This document shows positions 30,401 through 38,726 of a DNA stretch of 64,000 nt, in pieces. The stretch's first letter is position 1, and the number at the start of each line of letters is the position of its first letter. The notes under the pieces were generated by a model. It saw only the letters and a program-made list of their open reading frames with translations. It did no database searches and was not told where the DNA came from. The translations under genes and the position numbers were made by a program. Source of the stretch: Clostridia bacterium (GTDB lineage Bacteria > Bacillota > Clostridia > TANB77 > CAG-465); the NCBI GenBank assembly GCA_045659265.1, contig JAZOWO010000131.1, forward strand, positions 1,757 to 65,756. Reading direction: 5' to 3'.

Positions 30401-31779
30401 AATCAGCAGAAATCACATTAAAAAATATAAAAGGAACAGTTGGAAGCAATAAATATATTGTTATAGCATCTGGTGTAGCGCTAGACGCTGAAGGAAATAG
30501 ATCTAAAGAAGCAACAGGACCAAAATTCAGTATAATAGAAAAGACTAATCCAAAACCAGAAGTACCAACACAACCAGGTGATGAAGAAGATGCTTTAAGA
30601 CCAGTTGTAATTGAAAAAGCAAATTGTATAGATGACCTAGAATTAATAGGTGATGTAAACAAAGAAATAGATTACTTTGCTTCTTGGTTAAAAGCAGAGA
30701 AAAATGAAGATTTATACTTCCCACAAGAACAAAACTATGTTGTTAAAGGAAACGAAATGACATATATTGTTGAATACTTTAACGGAAGTACAGCAGCCGC
30801 AACAGGAGTTAAATTTGAGTTAACAATACCTTATGGTGTAAGAGTGCTTGAAATAAACGGTGGCGGTAAGGTAGAAAGCGTAACGGATAAAGCGACAGTA
30901 GTAACATGGAATCTTGGTGATGTAAAAGCATATGCAGCAACAAGCGGAACAGGATATTGTAGATTATATGTAAAAGTAAGATTCGTAGAAAATGTTGAAC
31001 TTGAAGCAAGTAAGAAAGTATCTGAAGAATTTTACGCAACATTAAAAACAACAGCTAATGATACAGTTTCATACTCATATATGAGACAATTATTTATCGA
31101 CTTAACAGAAGGTAAAGTTGGTACATACAATAAGACATTAGTAGCTATTGATGCATTAAATGAAGTTAGACCAAACGAAGAAATAACAAGAGCAGAATTT
31201 GCTAAGTTATTGGCAGATGCTGGAATTATTAAAGTAGACTATAAGAGCAAGGCATACAAAAACTTCAAAGATTACGAAACAATACCAGTATATGCAAGAG
31301 CAGCTGTAGCAGCACTTGCAAAAGCTGAAATAATTAAACCATATGCAGATGGAACATTCAAACCAAATAATCCTATGTTAATGGAAGATGTAATGCAAAT
31401 ACTAGCAGAAGCGGCAGCACATATGACAGAACAAAAATTAGCAGTTTCTAAACCAGTATTCTTATATACAGAAGCTTTAACAGGAAAAGATGGAGAAGTA
31501 TCTCCTAAGAAGGATTATATAATGGAACTAATGAGACAAAACGTTGTTTCAAGTGAAGAATCAAATCCAGATTCTTATGCATTAAGAAGAGAAGCAGTTG
31601 CAATGGTAAACAGCTTAGCATTTAGAGGACCAGTTATAGAAACACTTCCAGAAAACAAATTAAGAATAGCTAACGTAAGAGAAGATGGAGTAGTATTCTA
31701 TAATGTAGTAGATGCAATGGAAAAAACAACTTATGTTCATGACTACAGATTGTGGCAAGAATTGGTTGATGCAAAATAG
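27469..31779 (+). CDS. SLH-domain cell-surface protein with nine tandem Ig-like repeats of about 111 aa
   Basis: It has a signal peptide and 9 repeats of DTTxPSVVISKPSP…FSDETAMG…GTGNTRTVTLTN…IRANAAKDAAGN. The C-terminus carries SLH-type motifs (ITRAEFAKLLADAG…, …KPYADGTFKPNNPMLMEDV…). Confidence 0.8.
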   Translation: MLEVKMNTILKKTIATILLIAMLITHTPVYVIAAADTTPPSVVVSGLSSSTVAYKGETMSFKVYFSDETEMGEVTLTKNHVMLIGFTGDISVSGSGNTRTVTISNINDNSTTANKVTIRANAAKDAAGNTSKVFTSSAFTITERPDTTKPSVVVSKPSVSTVTEGGSLTYTVSFSDNKGITTNNFSASYVSLTGFDATVSVSGSGNTRTVTLSNITGAADSDNKISIRANAVKDAAGNGSSVVTSTAFTIKAKDTTRPSVVISKPSPTTVEQGGTVKYTVSFSDETAIGTVNFNADYVALVGFTGNVSVSGTGNTRYVTISNVTGTADSDNKITIRANAAKDSVGNGTVATNSTTFTIVEPVKDTTRPSVVISKPSPMSVTEGGTVKYTVSFSDETAMGTINFNKDYVALIGFTANVSVSGTGNTRTVTLTNVQGAADADNKITIRANAAKDAAGNGTVATNSTTFTIVEQVKDTTRPSVVISKPSPLSVEVGGTVEYKVVFSDETAMGTINFNKDYVALIGFTANVSVSGTGNARTVTLTNIQGVADADNKISVRAGAAKDAAGNATVATTSTAFTIVEPIKDTTKPSVVISKPSPLSVEVGGTVSYTVMFSDETAMGKVHFNENYVALIGFDATVSVTGTGNTRVVTLSNITGDADSNNRIAVRAGAAEDAAGNKTAVVESTNFTVVIPTPKDTTAPSVLVSNPNPKTVEVGGTVKYTVVFSDETAMGTIHFNKNYVALIGFDADITVSGTGNTRTVTLTNVQGGLDSDNRIAIRAGAAEDAAGNKTKVVESPNFTVIAPPVKDTTAPSIAISAPKPGTIELGETVKYTVVFSDETAMGKVHFDKSYVTLIGFTANIIVTGEGNTRTVTLTNVQGGIDKDNRIAIKAGAAEDAAGNKTKAVESANFEIIKTEEKDSIAPVVNITSVNPTAIYANGTVKYTVTFADNIKVTEVNLYTSKIETVGFDADISVKMNGLKSAEITLKNIKGTVGSNKYIVIASGVALDAEGNRSKEATGPKFSIIEKTNPKPEVPTQPGDEEDALRPVVIEKANCIDDLELIGDVNKEIDYFASWLKAEKNEDLYFPQEQNYVVKGNEMTYIVEYFNGSTAAATGVKFELTIPYGVRVLEINGGGKVESVTDKATVVTWNLGDVKAYAATSGTGYCRLYVKVRFVENVELEASKKVSEEFYATLKTTANDTVSYSYMRQLFIDLTEGKVGTYNKTLVAIDALNEVRPNEEITRAEFAKLLADAGIIKVDYKSKAYKNFKDYETIPVYARAAVAALAKAEIIKPYADGTFKPNNPMLMEDVMQILAEAAAHMTEQKLAVSKPVFLYTEALTGKDGEVSPKKDYIMELMRQNVVSSEESNPDSYALRREAVAMVNSLAFRGPVIETLPENKLRIANVREDGVVFYNVVDAMEKTTYVHDYRLWQELVDAK
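27574..30570 (+). repeat. Tandem direct repeats of about 333 bp, 9 copies, inside the surface-protein CDS
   Basis: Near-identical DNA blocks recur, for example agatacaacaagaccatcagtagtaatatcaaaaccatctcca at 28558, 28858 and 29218. Confidence 0.85.
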
Positions 31780-31791
31780 CAGAGTAGACAT

Positions 31792-31822
31792 AAAAAGTCA
31801 ACAGAAATGTTGACTTTTTATT
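31792..31822 (+). terminator. Rho-independent terminator after the surface-protein gene
   Basis: The hairpin aagtcaaca-gaaa-tgttgactt is followed by a T-run. Confidence 0.75.
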
Positions 31823-31945
31823 GTTTTTATGTTAAAATATTATTGTGTGAGATTGGTTAGCACCAAGTGATAATTTGCTTGGTTGGGCAGGCAAGTAATT
31901 ACTGGTTAATATATATAAAAAACATTAAAGGAGGATTTCGGATTT

Positions 31946-32848
31946 ATGAAATTCAAGAAAGACTTGGCCCTTTCACTCGCGACATTTGAAGGACTTATGC
32001 TTGCACTTCTTGTCGCAATGCCCATTTGGTTACTCGCAGTAGTAATCACACTTACTGTTGTTGGTGCAGCACTTACGGTTGTTACCATCATCAGCATGCG
32101 GAAGGATTCCGTTGATGAAACCACGGGTAAGCCCACTTACAGGTTCCCCATCTGGACCTTTGTAATTGGTGCAGTTCTCTTAGCCGCACTTACGGTTGGC
32201 ATCATGCTTGCATGCAAGAGACTGTTTGGCTTTGCTCTTATTCCGCTTGCTGTTGTGCTGTTGGCACTCTGCGTAATTGCTTGGATTAAGCACTGGAAAG
32301 TAGCGTTTGTATCGGTAGCAATCGTGCTCGCTCTTCTTGCTGTATTCCTTATCAGTTACGGTACCGCTTATATGGCGCACCACGACATCAGTTTGAACCC
32401 TGGTTTGGTAGCATCTGAACCTGCTGGCGACGAATCTCAGCTTCCCAACGACGAGACTGAAAAGCCTGGCGATGAGACCGAAAAACCTGGTGAAACTGAA
32501 AAGCCCGGAGATGAAAAACCTGGCGATGAAACCGAAAAGCCCGGTGATGAGACCCCTGGTAACACCACCACTCCTCCCGCTCCGACGGTAAAGATTAATG
32601 CCCCTGACACATTGTCTTACGGCAAACCTATTACTGTTAAGCTCGAAGGATGCAAGGTTGATGACCTTGTATTTGGCAATGAAGATTTTATTGCCATTTC
32701 CAAAATCTCGGATACCGAGGTAAGCATTATCCTTGTAGGAATCGTGAACGAGACCACTGGCCAAGTGGAAATCGTACCTGCATCTGGATATGTGACTATT
32801 ACCGATAGCGTATCCGGCACCAATGTATCTATCAACATCGTTGAGTGA
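31946..32848 (+). CDS. Paralogue 1 of a triplicated membrane-protein family: 4-5 TM, an ETEKPGD repeat linker and a C-terminal beta domain. GC-rich.
   Basis: Its N-terminal hydrophobic helices are followed by (D/E)ETEKPGD repeats and a conserved domain (KINAP…LEGCK.DDL.FGNEDF…VGIVN…GYVTITDSVSG…IVE). The RBS is aaaggagga. Confidence 0.6.
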   Translation: MKFKKDLALSLATFEGLMLALLVAMPIWLLAVVITLTVVGAALTVVTIISMRKDSVDETTGKPTYRFPIWTFVIGAVLLAALTVGIMLACKRLFGFALIPLAVVLLALCVIAWIKHWKVAFVSVAIVLALLAVFLISYGTAYMAHHDISLNPGLVASEPAGDESQLPNDETEKPGDETEKPGETEKPGDEKPGDETEKPGDETPGNTTTPPAPTVKINAPDTLSYGKPITVKLEGCKVDDLVFGNEDFIAISKISDTEVSIILVGIVNETTGQVEIVPASGYVTITDSVSGTNVSINIVE

Positions 32849-32857
32849 TACACAACC

Positions 32858-32895
32858 CAACCCGTAAACAGAAATGTTTACGGGTTGTTTCTTGC
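32858..32895 (+). terminator. Rho-independent terminator after paralogue 1
   Basis: The hairpin aacccgtaaaca-gaaa-tgtttacgggtt is followed by a T-run. Confidence 0.75.
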
Positions 32896-33026
32896 TTAAT
32901 CTGAATTTGATTTTTATGTATACTTATGGTATAATTATAGTATTAACTTCTTTTTACGAGAGCGTTTGTAATAAATGCTCCATTATATATATAAAAAAAT
33001 TTTTTTATTTAAGGAGGATTTCTAGA

Positions 33027-34529
33027 ATGAAATCTACAAAAGACGTGGCATTTGCCCTTAGCACCCTCGCAGCAATCTTTGTTGCACTGTTCGCAGCATT
33101 CGTATCCATCCCTGTATGGTTCGAAGCAGTAGTAATCACCCTTGCAGTAGTTGGCTTGGCCCTCACTATCTCTGAAGTAGTTAAAGCTTATAAAGCTTCC
33201 TATGATGAGACAACTGGTAAGCACACCTATAAATTCCCGGTACGGGTATTTGTATTTGGTGCACTTATCCTTTTAGCACTTGCAGCAATTGTTCTTCTTT
33301 CTCTTAAGAGATTGTATGGCTTTGCACTTATCCCTGTAGCAGTACTTCTTGCAATCCTTTTGGTAATTGCTTACCTTAAGAAACTTGGCAAGATGTTCTG
33401 GATTACACTTGTAGCACTGATTTTACTTGTAGTAGCACTTATTGGTTATGGCACTTCTATGATGGTTAAAAACGACATCAACCTCAACCCTGGCATCTCT
33501 GTAGAAACAACCACTCCCGATACTGAAAATGTTGATCCTGAAATTAACGACAAGGAAGATGGTGAAGTTGAAGAGAAACCTGTTGAAGATATCGTAAAGC
33601 CTGAAACTCCTGAGACTGAGGTTCCTGAAACTGAAACTCCTGAGACTGAGGTTCCCGAAACTGAAACTCCTGAGACTGAGGTTCCCGAAACTGAAACTCC
33701 TGAGACTGAGGTTCCCGAAACTGAAACTCCTGAGACTGAAGTTCCTGAAACTGAAACTCCTGAGACTGAGGTTCCCGAAACTGAAACTCCTGAGACTGAA
33801 GTTCCTGAAACTGAAACTCCCGAGACTGAAACCAAACCCGTTGTTCCTACTGTTGTAAAAATCAATGCTCCGAAGACTATGTCTTTTGGTGAATGCTTCA
33901 CAATTACTCTTGAAGGTTGCAAAGCAGATGACATCAAGTTCAGCAATGAAGACTATCTCTCCATCGTTATCGTTAATGATAATGAGATTGATGTAACTCT
34001 TCTTGGTTATGTTACTGATGCTGGAGAAATCGAATTCGCACCTGCTAGTGGTTACATCACTGTTACAGATTCTGTAAGTGGTGAAAGTGTAACTATTGAC
34101 ATCGTAGCTCTTCCTGAAATCGAAGATGTACCTGAAATCGAAGACGAACCTGTTGAAGAAGTTCCCGAAGAGAAACCTGTTGAAGATATTGTAAAGCCTG
34201 AGACTCCTGTAGAGGATCCTGAGGAAACTGTACCTGAAACAGAAGAGCCTGAAGTTGTAGAACCTGTAGTCGTAAGAATCAATGCACCTGAGGTTATGTA
34301 TTATGCAGAACCTATTGTAATTACCCTTGAGGGTATCAATGCAAATGATCTTAAGTTTGGGAATGAAGATTTCTTAGCTATCGCTATCCTTTCTGATACT
34401 GAAGTTGAGATTACTCTCGTAGGCATTGTTAATGATGCTGGCGATGTAGAATTCGTCCCCGCTGCTGGTTACATCACTATTACAGACTCTGTAAGTGGCG
34501 TGCATGTAGTAATTGAAATTGTTGAGTAA
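33027..34529 (+). CDS. Paralogue 2, carrying a PETEV repeat tract and two copies of the C-terminal domain
   Basis: ATG at 33027 follows aaggagga. The N-terminus is 80-90% identical to paralogue 3. It contains 8 copies of ETPETEVPET. The conserved domain occurs twice (…VVKINAPKTM… and …VVRINAPEVM…). Confidence 0.65.
   Translation: MKSTKDVAFALSTLAAIFVALFAAFVSIPVWFEAVVITLAVVGLALTISEVVKAYKASYDETTGKHTYKFPVRVFVFGALILLALAAIVLLSLKRLYGFALIPVAVLLAILLVIAYLKKLGKMFWITLVALILLVVALIGYGTSMMVKNDINLNPGISVETTTPDTENVDPEINDKEDGEVEEKPVEDIVKPETPETEVPETETPETEVPETETPETEVPETETPETEVPETETPETEVPETETPETEVPETETPETEVPETETPETETKPVVPTVVKINAPKTMSFGECFTITLEGCKADDIKFSNEDYLSIVIVNDNEIDVTLLGYVTDAGEIEFAPASGYITVTDSVSGESVTIDIVALPEIEDVPEIEDEPVEEVPEEKPVEDIVKPETPVEDPEETVPETEEPEVVEPVVVRINAPEVMYYAEPIVITLEGINANDLKFGNEDFLAIAILSDTEVEITLVGIVNDAGDVEFVPAAGYITITDSVSGVHVVIEIVE
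33596..33835 (+). repeat. Tandem repeat of about 30 bp, about 8 copies, encoding (ETPETEVPET)n
   Basis: The unit gaaactcctgagactgaggttcc(c/t)gaaact repeats almost perfectly. Confidence 0.85.
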
Positions 34530-34544
34530 TCAACAAGCTAACGT

Positions 34545-34578
34545 CAGACACCTCCGGAATTTCCGGAGGTGTTTTCTT
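34545..34578 (+). terminator. Rho-independent terminator after paralogue 2
   Basis: The hairpin acacctccgg-aattt-ccggaggtgt is followed by ttttctt. Confidence 0.75.
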
Positions 34579-34717
34579 GTGTTGGAAAAGGCTGCTAATT
34601 TGACTTTTATGTCTACTTGTGCTATAATATAATTACTAATTTCCTTTTTAAGAGAGCTGTAATAAGCTCCATTATATATATATAAAAAAATTTTTTTATT
34701 AAAGGAGGATTTCTAAA

Positions 34718-35722
34718 ATGAAATCTACAAAAGACGTTGTACTCGCACTCGCAACCCTCGGCGGAGCTCTCGTAGCTCTCTTTGCACTCTTCTTTGCTAT
34801 GCCTGCATGGCTTGAAGCAGTTGTAATCACCCTCACGGTAGTTGGCTTGGCCCTCACCATCTCTGAAATCGTGAATGCTTATAAAGCATCCTACGATGAA
34901 GGTACTGGCAAACATACTTACAAGTTCCCTGTTCGGGTATTTGTTTTTGGTTCGCTTGTACTTGTAGCACTTGCAGCAATTGTTCTTCTTTCTCTTAAGA
35001 GATTGTTTGGCTTTGCTCTTATTCCCGTAGCAGCACTTCTTGCAATCCTTCTTGTGATTGCTATTCTCAAGAAATTGGGAAAGATGTTCTGGATTACACT
35101 TGTAGCACTTGTACTCTTGGTTGTAGCACTCATTAGTTACGGCGCAGCTGTAATGGTTAAGAATGACATCAACCTCAACCCTGGTATCTCTGTAGAGACC
35201 ACCGCTCCTGAAACTGAAACTCCCGAAACGGAAGTTCCTGAGACGGAAGCACCTGAGACTGAAGTCCCTGAAACCGAAACTCCTGAAACTGAGGTTCCTG
35301 AAACCGAAGTTCCTGAGACCACTGTTCCTGAAACTGAAGCACCTGAAACCGAAGCACCCGAAACGGATGCTCCTGTAGTAGACGCTCCTGTTATTAAGGA
35401 TGAAACTCCTAAGGAGGAAACTCCCAAGGATGAGCCCACCAATGAAGGTTTTGTACCCGTTGTTGTAAAGATCAATGCCCCTGAGACTATGCGTTATGCA
35501 GAACCCATCATCCTCACTCTTGAGGGTGTTAAGGCAGAAAATCTTAGATTTGGCAATGAGGATTTCTTAGCTATCGCTATCCTTTCTGATACCGAAGTTG
35601 AGATCACACTCGTAGGCATCGTTAATGATGCAGGCGATGTTGAATTCGTCCCCGCTGCTGGATACATCACTGTAACAGATTCTGAAACTGGTGCAAATGT
35701 AACTATTGAAATTGTTGAGTAA
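34718..35722 (+). CDS. Paralogue 3 of the membrane-protein family
   Basis: It has the same architecture: MKSTKDV…, 4-5 TM segments, a degenerate PETE(V/A) linker and the conserved C-terminal domain. Its 5' UTR is near-identical to that of paralogue 2. Confidence 0.65.
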   Translation: MKSTKDVVLALATLGGALVALFALFFAMPAWLEAVVITLTVVGLALTISEIVNAYKASYDEGTGKHTYKFPVRVFVFGSLVLVALAAIVLLSLKRLFGFALIPVAALLAILLVIAILKKLGKMFWITLVALVLLVVALISYGAAVMVKNDINLNPGISVETTAPETETPETEVPETEAPETEVPETETPETEVPETEVPETTVPETEAPETEAPETDAPVVDAPVIKDETPKEETPKDEPTNEGFVPVVVKINAPETMRYAEPIILTLEGVKAENLRFGNEDFLAIAILSDTEVEITLVGIVNDAGDVEFVPAAGYITVTDSETGANVTIEIVE

Positions 35723-35740
35723 TCAACAAGCACAAACGTC

Positions 35741-35775
35741 AGACACCTCCGGTATTACCGGAGGTGTTTTCTTGT
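35741..35775 (+). terminator. Rho-independent terminator after paralogue 3
   Basis: The hairpin acacctccgg-tatta-ccggaggtgt is followed by a T-run and is almost identical to the terminator at 34545. Confidence 0.75.
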
Positions 35776-35864
35776 GCTTTTTTGACATTATTTTTAATAT
35801 GTCTGATTTTATTTCGACAAAATTTGACAGTATAAATTGCTATACTATTAACGAGGTGGTTTTA

Positions 35865-36170
35865 GTGACATATACATATGATAATAGTAAAAATAAACTT
35901 AGTATTATATTAGATGAGGAAATAGATGTTAATTCATGCAAAACTTTAAGAACAATAATAGATGGATATATTATGAGGTATAGCCCAAAAATTTGTGAGT
36001 TGGATTTAGAAAAGGTGTCTTTTATGGACAGCTCGGGTATAGGTTTTGTGGTAGGTAGAAAGAATTTAGCAGATATGTTAAATTGTAGATTTAATGTAGT
36101 AAATGCAAATCCTAATATTAAGAAATTGATGCAGCTTTATGATAAAGCTAAAAGAGGTGTGGGATGTTAA
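35865..36170 (+). CDS. spoIIAA: Anti-sigma-F factor antagonist (STAS domain)
   Basis: VSFMDSSGIGFVVGR matches the SpoIIAA phosphorylation-site region. A GTG start follows the RBS gaggtgg. Confidence 0.8.
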   Translation: MTYTYDNSKNKLSIILDEEIDVNSCKTLRTIIDGYIMRYSPKICELDLEKVSFMDSSGIGFVVGRKNLADMLNCRFNVVNANPNIKKLMQLYDKAKRGVGC

Positions 36171-36607
36171 ATGAAATATATATTAAGATAAAATCTTGTT
36201 TAGATAATATATCTTTAGTAAGAGTTGTTGCTGCATCTTTTTTAAGCAGGACGAATATAACCTTGGATGAATTACAAGATATAAAAACAGCTGTATCAGA
36301 AGCGGTTACAAATTGTATAGAACATGGATACGAAAATGATGAAAGCAAATATATAGATGTAGAAATGAAACTAGCAGAAGTAGATCAGATGGTATACTAT
36401 TGGGTTAAGATTGTAGATAGTGGTATAGGCATAGAAGATGTTGAACTTGCAACTACTCCCACATACACAAATAAACCGGAATTAGAGCATGCTGGTATGG
36501 GCTTTACAATAATGGAAACATTTATGGATGAAGTTCAAATAGATTCTACAGTAGGTGAAGGAACTGCTGTAACGATGACTAAAAAATTAAAAACTATAAA
36601 GGCGTAG
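36164..36607 (+). CDS. spoIIAB: Anti-sigma-F factor (serine kinase, HATPase_c)
   Basis: The product is closely similar to SpoIIAB (…TAVSEAVTNCIEHGY…NKPELEHAGMGFTIMETFMDEV…) and overlaps spoIIAA by 7 nt. Confidence 0.85.
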   Translation: MLNEIYIKIKSCLDNISLVRVVAASFLSRTNITLDELQDIKTAVSEAVTNCIEHGYENDESKYIDVEMKLAEVDQMVYYWVKIVDSGIGIEDVELATTPTYTNKPELEHAGMGFTIMETFMDEVQIDSTVGEGTAVTMTKKLKTIKA

Positions 36608-36617
36608 GAGAAATAAA

Positions 36618-36863
36618 ATGGAATGTGTTTATGAAAGATATATTAAAGATTTTAGATGTAAATATTATATTCTAAAAGCAACTAAAGGATATGTAGGAAT
36701 AAAGATAGAAAAATTAAATCCAAATGGTGAAATATTAGACGAATGTGTTGTGGAAAATGTGGATTGTGATGAAGGAAAAGTAAGAGAATTGTTAAAACAA
36801 ATAAACAAAGGCAAAGTTACTCCTATTACATTAAAGGATGTAATTGCAGACAGCGTTATATAA
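36618..36863 (+). CDS. Small hypothetical protein (81 aa, four Cys) in the position normally occupied by sigF
   Basis: The ORF has an RBS ggag upstream and carries no sigma-70 regions. Cysteines lie at residues 3, 14, 43 and 50. Confidence 0.4.
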   Translation: MECVYERYIKDFRCKYYILKATKGYVGIKIEKLNPNGEILDECVVENVDCDEGKVRELLKQINKGKVTPITLKDVIADSVI

Positions 36864-36930
36864 TATTGCAAAAGAACTCGTAAAATGGTAAAATATATAC
36901 TATGTACGAGTTCTTTTTTAGGAGGTAACT

Positions 36931-37842
36931 TTGCAATACGAAATATTAGAAGATGAATTTGTTGGAATAAGAATAGACAAATACTTAAACGAAATAAATG
37001 AAGATTATACAAGATCTTTTGTTCAGAAGATGATAGAAGAAGGGAACGTAACTGTAAATGGAAAATCTGTTAAAGCATCATATAAATTAAAAATGAAAGA
37101 TGTTATTGAAATAGAGGAAATAGAAAATACAGAAATAGAAGCGGTAGCAGAAGATATTCCTATAGATATTGTTTATGAAGACGAAGATATAATAATAGTA
37201 AATAAGGCTAAGGGAATGGTAGTGCATCCTGGCAATGGAAATTATACAGGAACTCTAGTAAATGCACTGTTATTTACACATAAAGATAGACTATCTGCTA
37301 TAAATGGTGTTGTGAGGCCCGGAATTGTCCATAGAATCGATAAAGATACTAGTGGCATAATTGTAGTTGCTAAAAACGATAAAGCTCATAAAACGCTTTC
37401 TAGCGCGTTTAAGGTACATGATATAACAAGAAAATATATAGCTGTTGTAAAAGGTATAGTTGAGAAAGATAATATTAAGATAGATCTTCCTATTGGAAGA
37501 AGTACGTCAGATAGAATAAAGATGGCGGTGACTGAGAAAAATTCAAGGAATGCTATTACACATATTAAGGTATTAAAAAGATTTTATGAATCTGGATATA
37601 CTTTAGTAGAGGCGAAACTTGAAACTGGAAGAACACATCAAATAAGAGTGCATATGTCATATATAGGACATCCGCTTTTAGGAGATGATACTTACGGTCC
37701 ATCAAAGAATGAGTTTGGTATATGTGGACAAGTATTACATGCAAAAACACTTGGATTTAATCATCCAACAACAGGCAAGTATATAGAGTTTGAACAAGAA
37801 GAGCCAGAAGAATTTAAGGAAATATTAAATAAATTAAAATAA
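36931..37842 (+). CDS. rluD: RluA-family 23S rRNA pseudouridine synthase (RluD-like)
   Basis: It has an S4 domain and the HRIDKDTSG catalytic motif. A TTG start follows the RBS ggaggt. Confidence 0.85.
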   Translation: MQYEILEDEFVGIRIDKYLNEINEDYTRSFVQKMIEEGNVTVNGKSVKASYKLKMKDVIEIEEIENTEIEAVAEDIPIDIVYEDEDIIIVNKAKGMVVHPGNGNYTGTLVNALLFTHKDRLSAINGVVRPGIVHRIDKDTSGIIVVAKNDKAHKTLSSAFKVHDITRKYIAVVKGIVEKDNIKIDLPIGRSTSDRIKMAVTEKNSRNAITHIKVLKRFYESGYTLVEAKLETGRTHQIRVHMSYIGHPLLGDDTYGPSKNEFGICGQVLHAKTLGFNHPTTGKYIEFEQEEPEEFKEILNKLK

Positions 37843-37951
37843 TAAGAATAAATAATAAAATGAGCAAACATTATGTTTGCTCAAGATATATATAAACATA
37901 AGACTTATGGAATAATATATTATATGAAGAAAATACATGGAGGTGAATTAA

Positions 37952-38647
37952 TTGGAAGAAATACGTATAAATAAATATATAGCAAGTTCTGGTGTTTGTT
38001 CTAGAAGAAAAGCAGAAGAATATATACTAGCAGGTAAAGTTTTAGTAAACGGAGTTGTAAATACTGAACTAGGATATAAGGTTAAAGAGGAAGATATAGT
38101 TGTAGTAGATGGGAAACAAATATCTTTAGAGGAAAACAAAGTGTATATTATGCTAAATAAACCAAAAGGGTATGTAACTACATCACAAGAACAATTTGGC
38201 AGACCTTCTGTATTAGATATAGTTAAAGTAGAAGAAAGAGTATATCCGGTTGGAAGACTAGATATGGATTCTGAAGGTTTATTAATTTTAACAAATGATG
38301 GAGAGTTTTCTAACAATGTAATTCATCCAACTAAACATATATCTAAAAAGTATGAAGTTGTATTAAAAGAAAATATAACTGAAGCTTCTATAAAGAAACT
38401 AGAAAGCGGAGTAGACATCGGTGGCTATGTAACAAGACCTGCTAAAGTAGAAAAAGTAACAGATAAGAAGATTTTAATTACTATAGGTGAAGGAAAGAAT
38501 AGACAAGTAAGAAGAATGATAGAAACGGTAGACAACAAAGTATTAAATCTAAAAAGGATAGCTATTGGTGGACTTAAATTAGACAAATTAAAATCAGGTG
38601 AATATATTAAATTAGATGAGAAGCTAATAAATAAGATATTTGAATAA
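37952..38647 (+). CDS. RsuA/RluB-family pseudouridine synthase
   Basis: It has an S4 domain (INKYIASSGVCSRRKAEE) and the GRLDMDSEGLLILTNDG catalytic motif. Confidence 0.85.
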   Translation: MEEIRINKYIASSGVCSRRKAEEYILAGKVLVNGVVNTELGYKVKEEDIVVVDGKQISLEENKVYIMLNKPKGYVTTSQEQFGRPSVLDIVKVEERVYPVGRLDMDSEGLLILTNDGEFSNNVIHPTKHISKKYEVVLKENITEASIKKLESGVDIGGYVTRPAKVEKVTDKKILITIGEGKNRQVRRMIETVDNKVLNLKRIAIGGLKLDKLKSGEYIKLDEKLINKIFE

Positions 38648-38690
38648 AGATAGTATTATATAATGCTTGTTTATAAAGTTAAATAAACGC

Positions 38691-38721
38691 AAAAAAGAAA
38701 GCCATAGGCTTTCTTTTTTAA
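38691..38721. terminator. Bidirectional terminator
   Basis: The hairpin aaaaaagaaagcc-ata-ggctttctttttt is flanked by T-runs. Confidence 0.75.
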
Positions 38722-38726
38722 TATTT

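Noticed and set aside
28022-30662. Multiple minus-strand ORFs of 60-190 aa inside the surface-protein gene
   Set aside because: They are antisense to a long, well-supported repeat-containing CDS. They are repetitive because the sense strand is repetitive, and they lack RBSs.
33446-33946. Minus-strand 166-aa ORF encoding (SGVSVSGTSV)n
   Set aside because: It is the reverse-complement reading of the 30-bp PETEV repeat tract of the plus-strand gene. It has no independent start context and is an artefact of the repeat.
35137-35475. Minus-strand 112-aa Ser/Gly/Val-rich ORF
   Set aside because: It is the antisense of the degenerate PETE repeat in paralogue 3, for the same reason as the ORF at 33446-33946.
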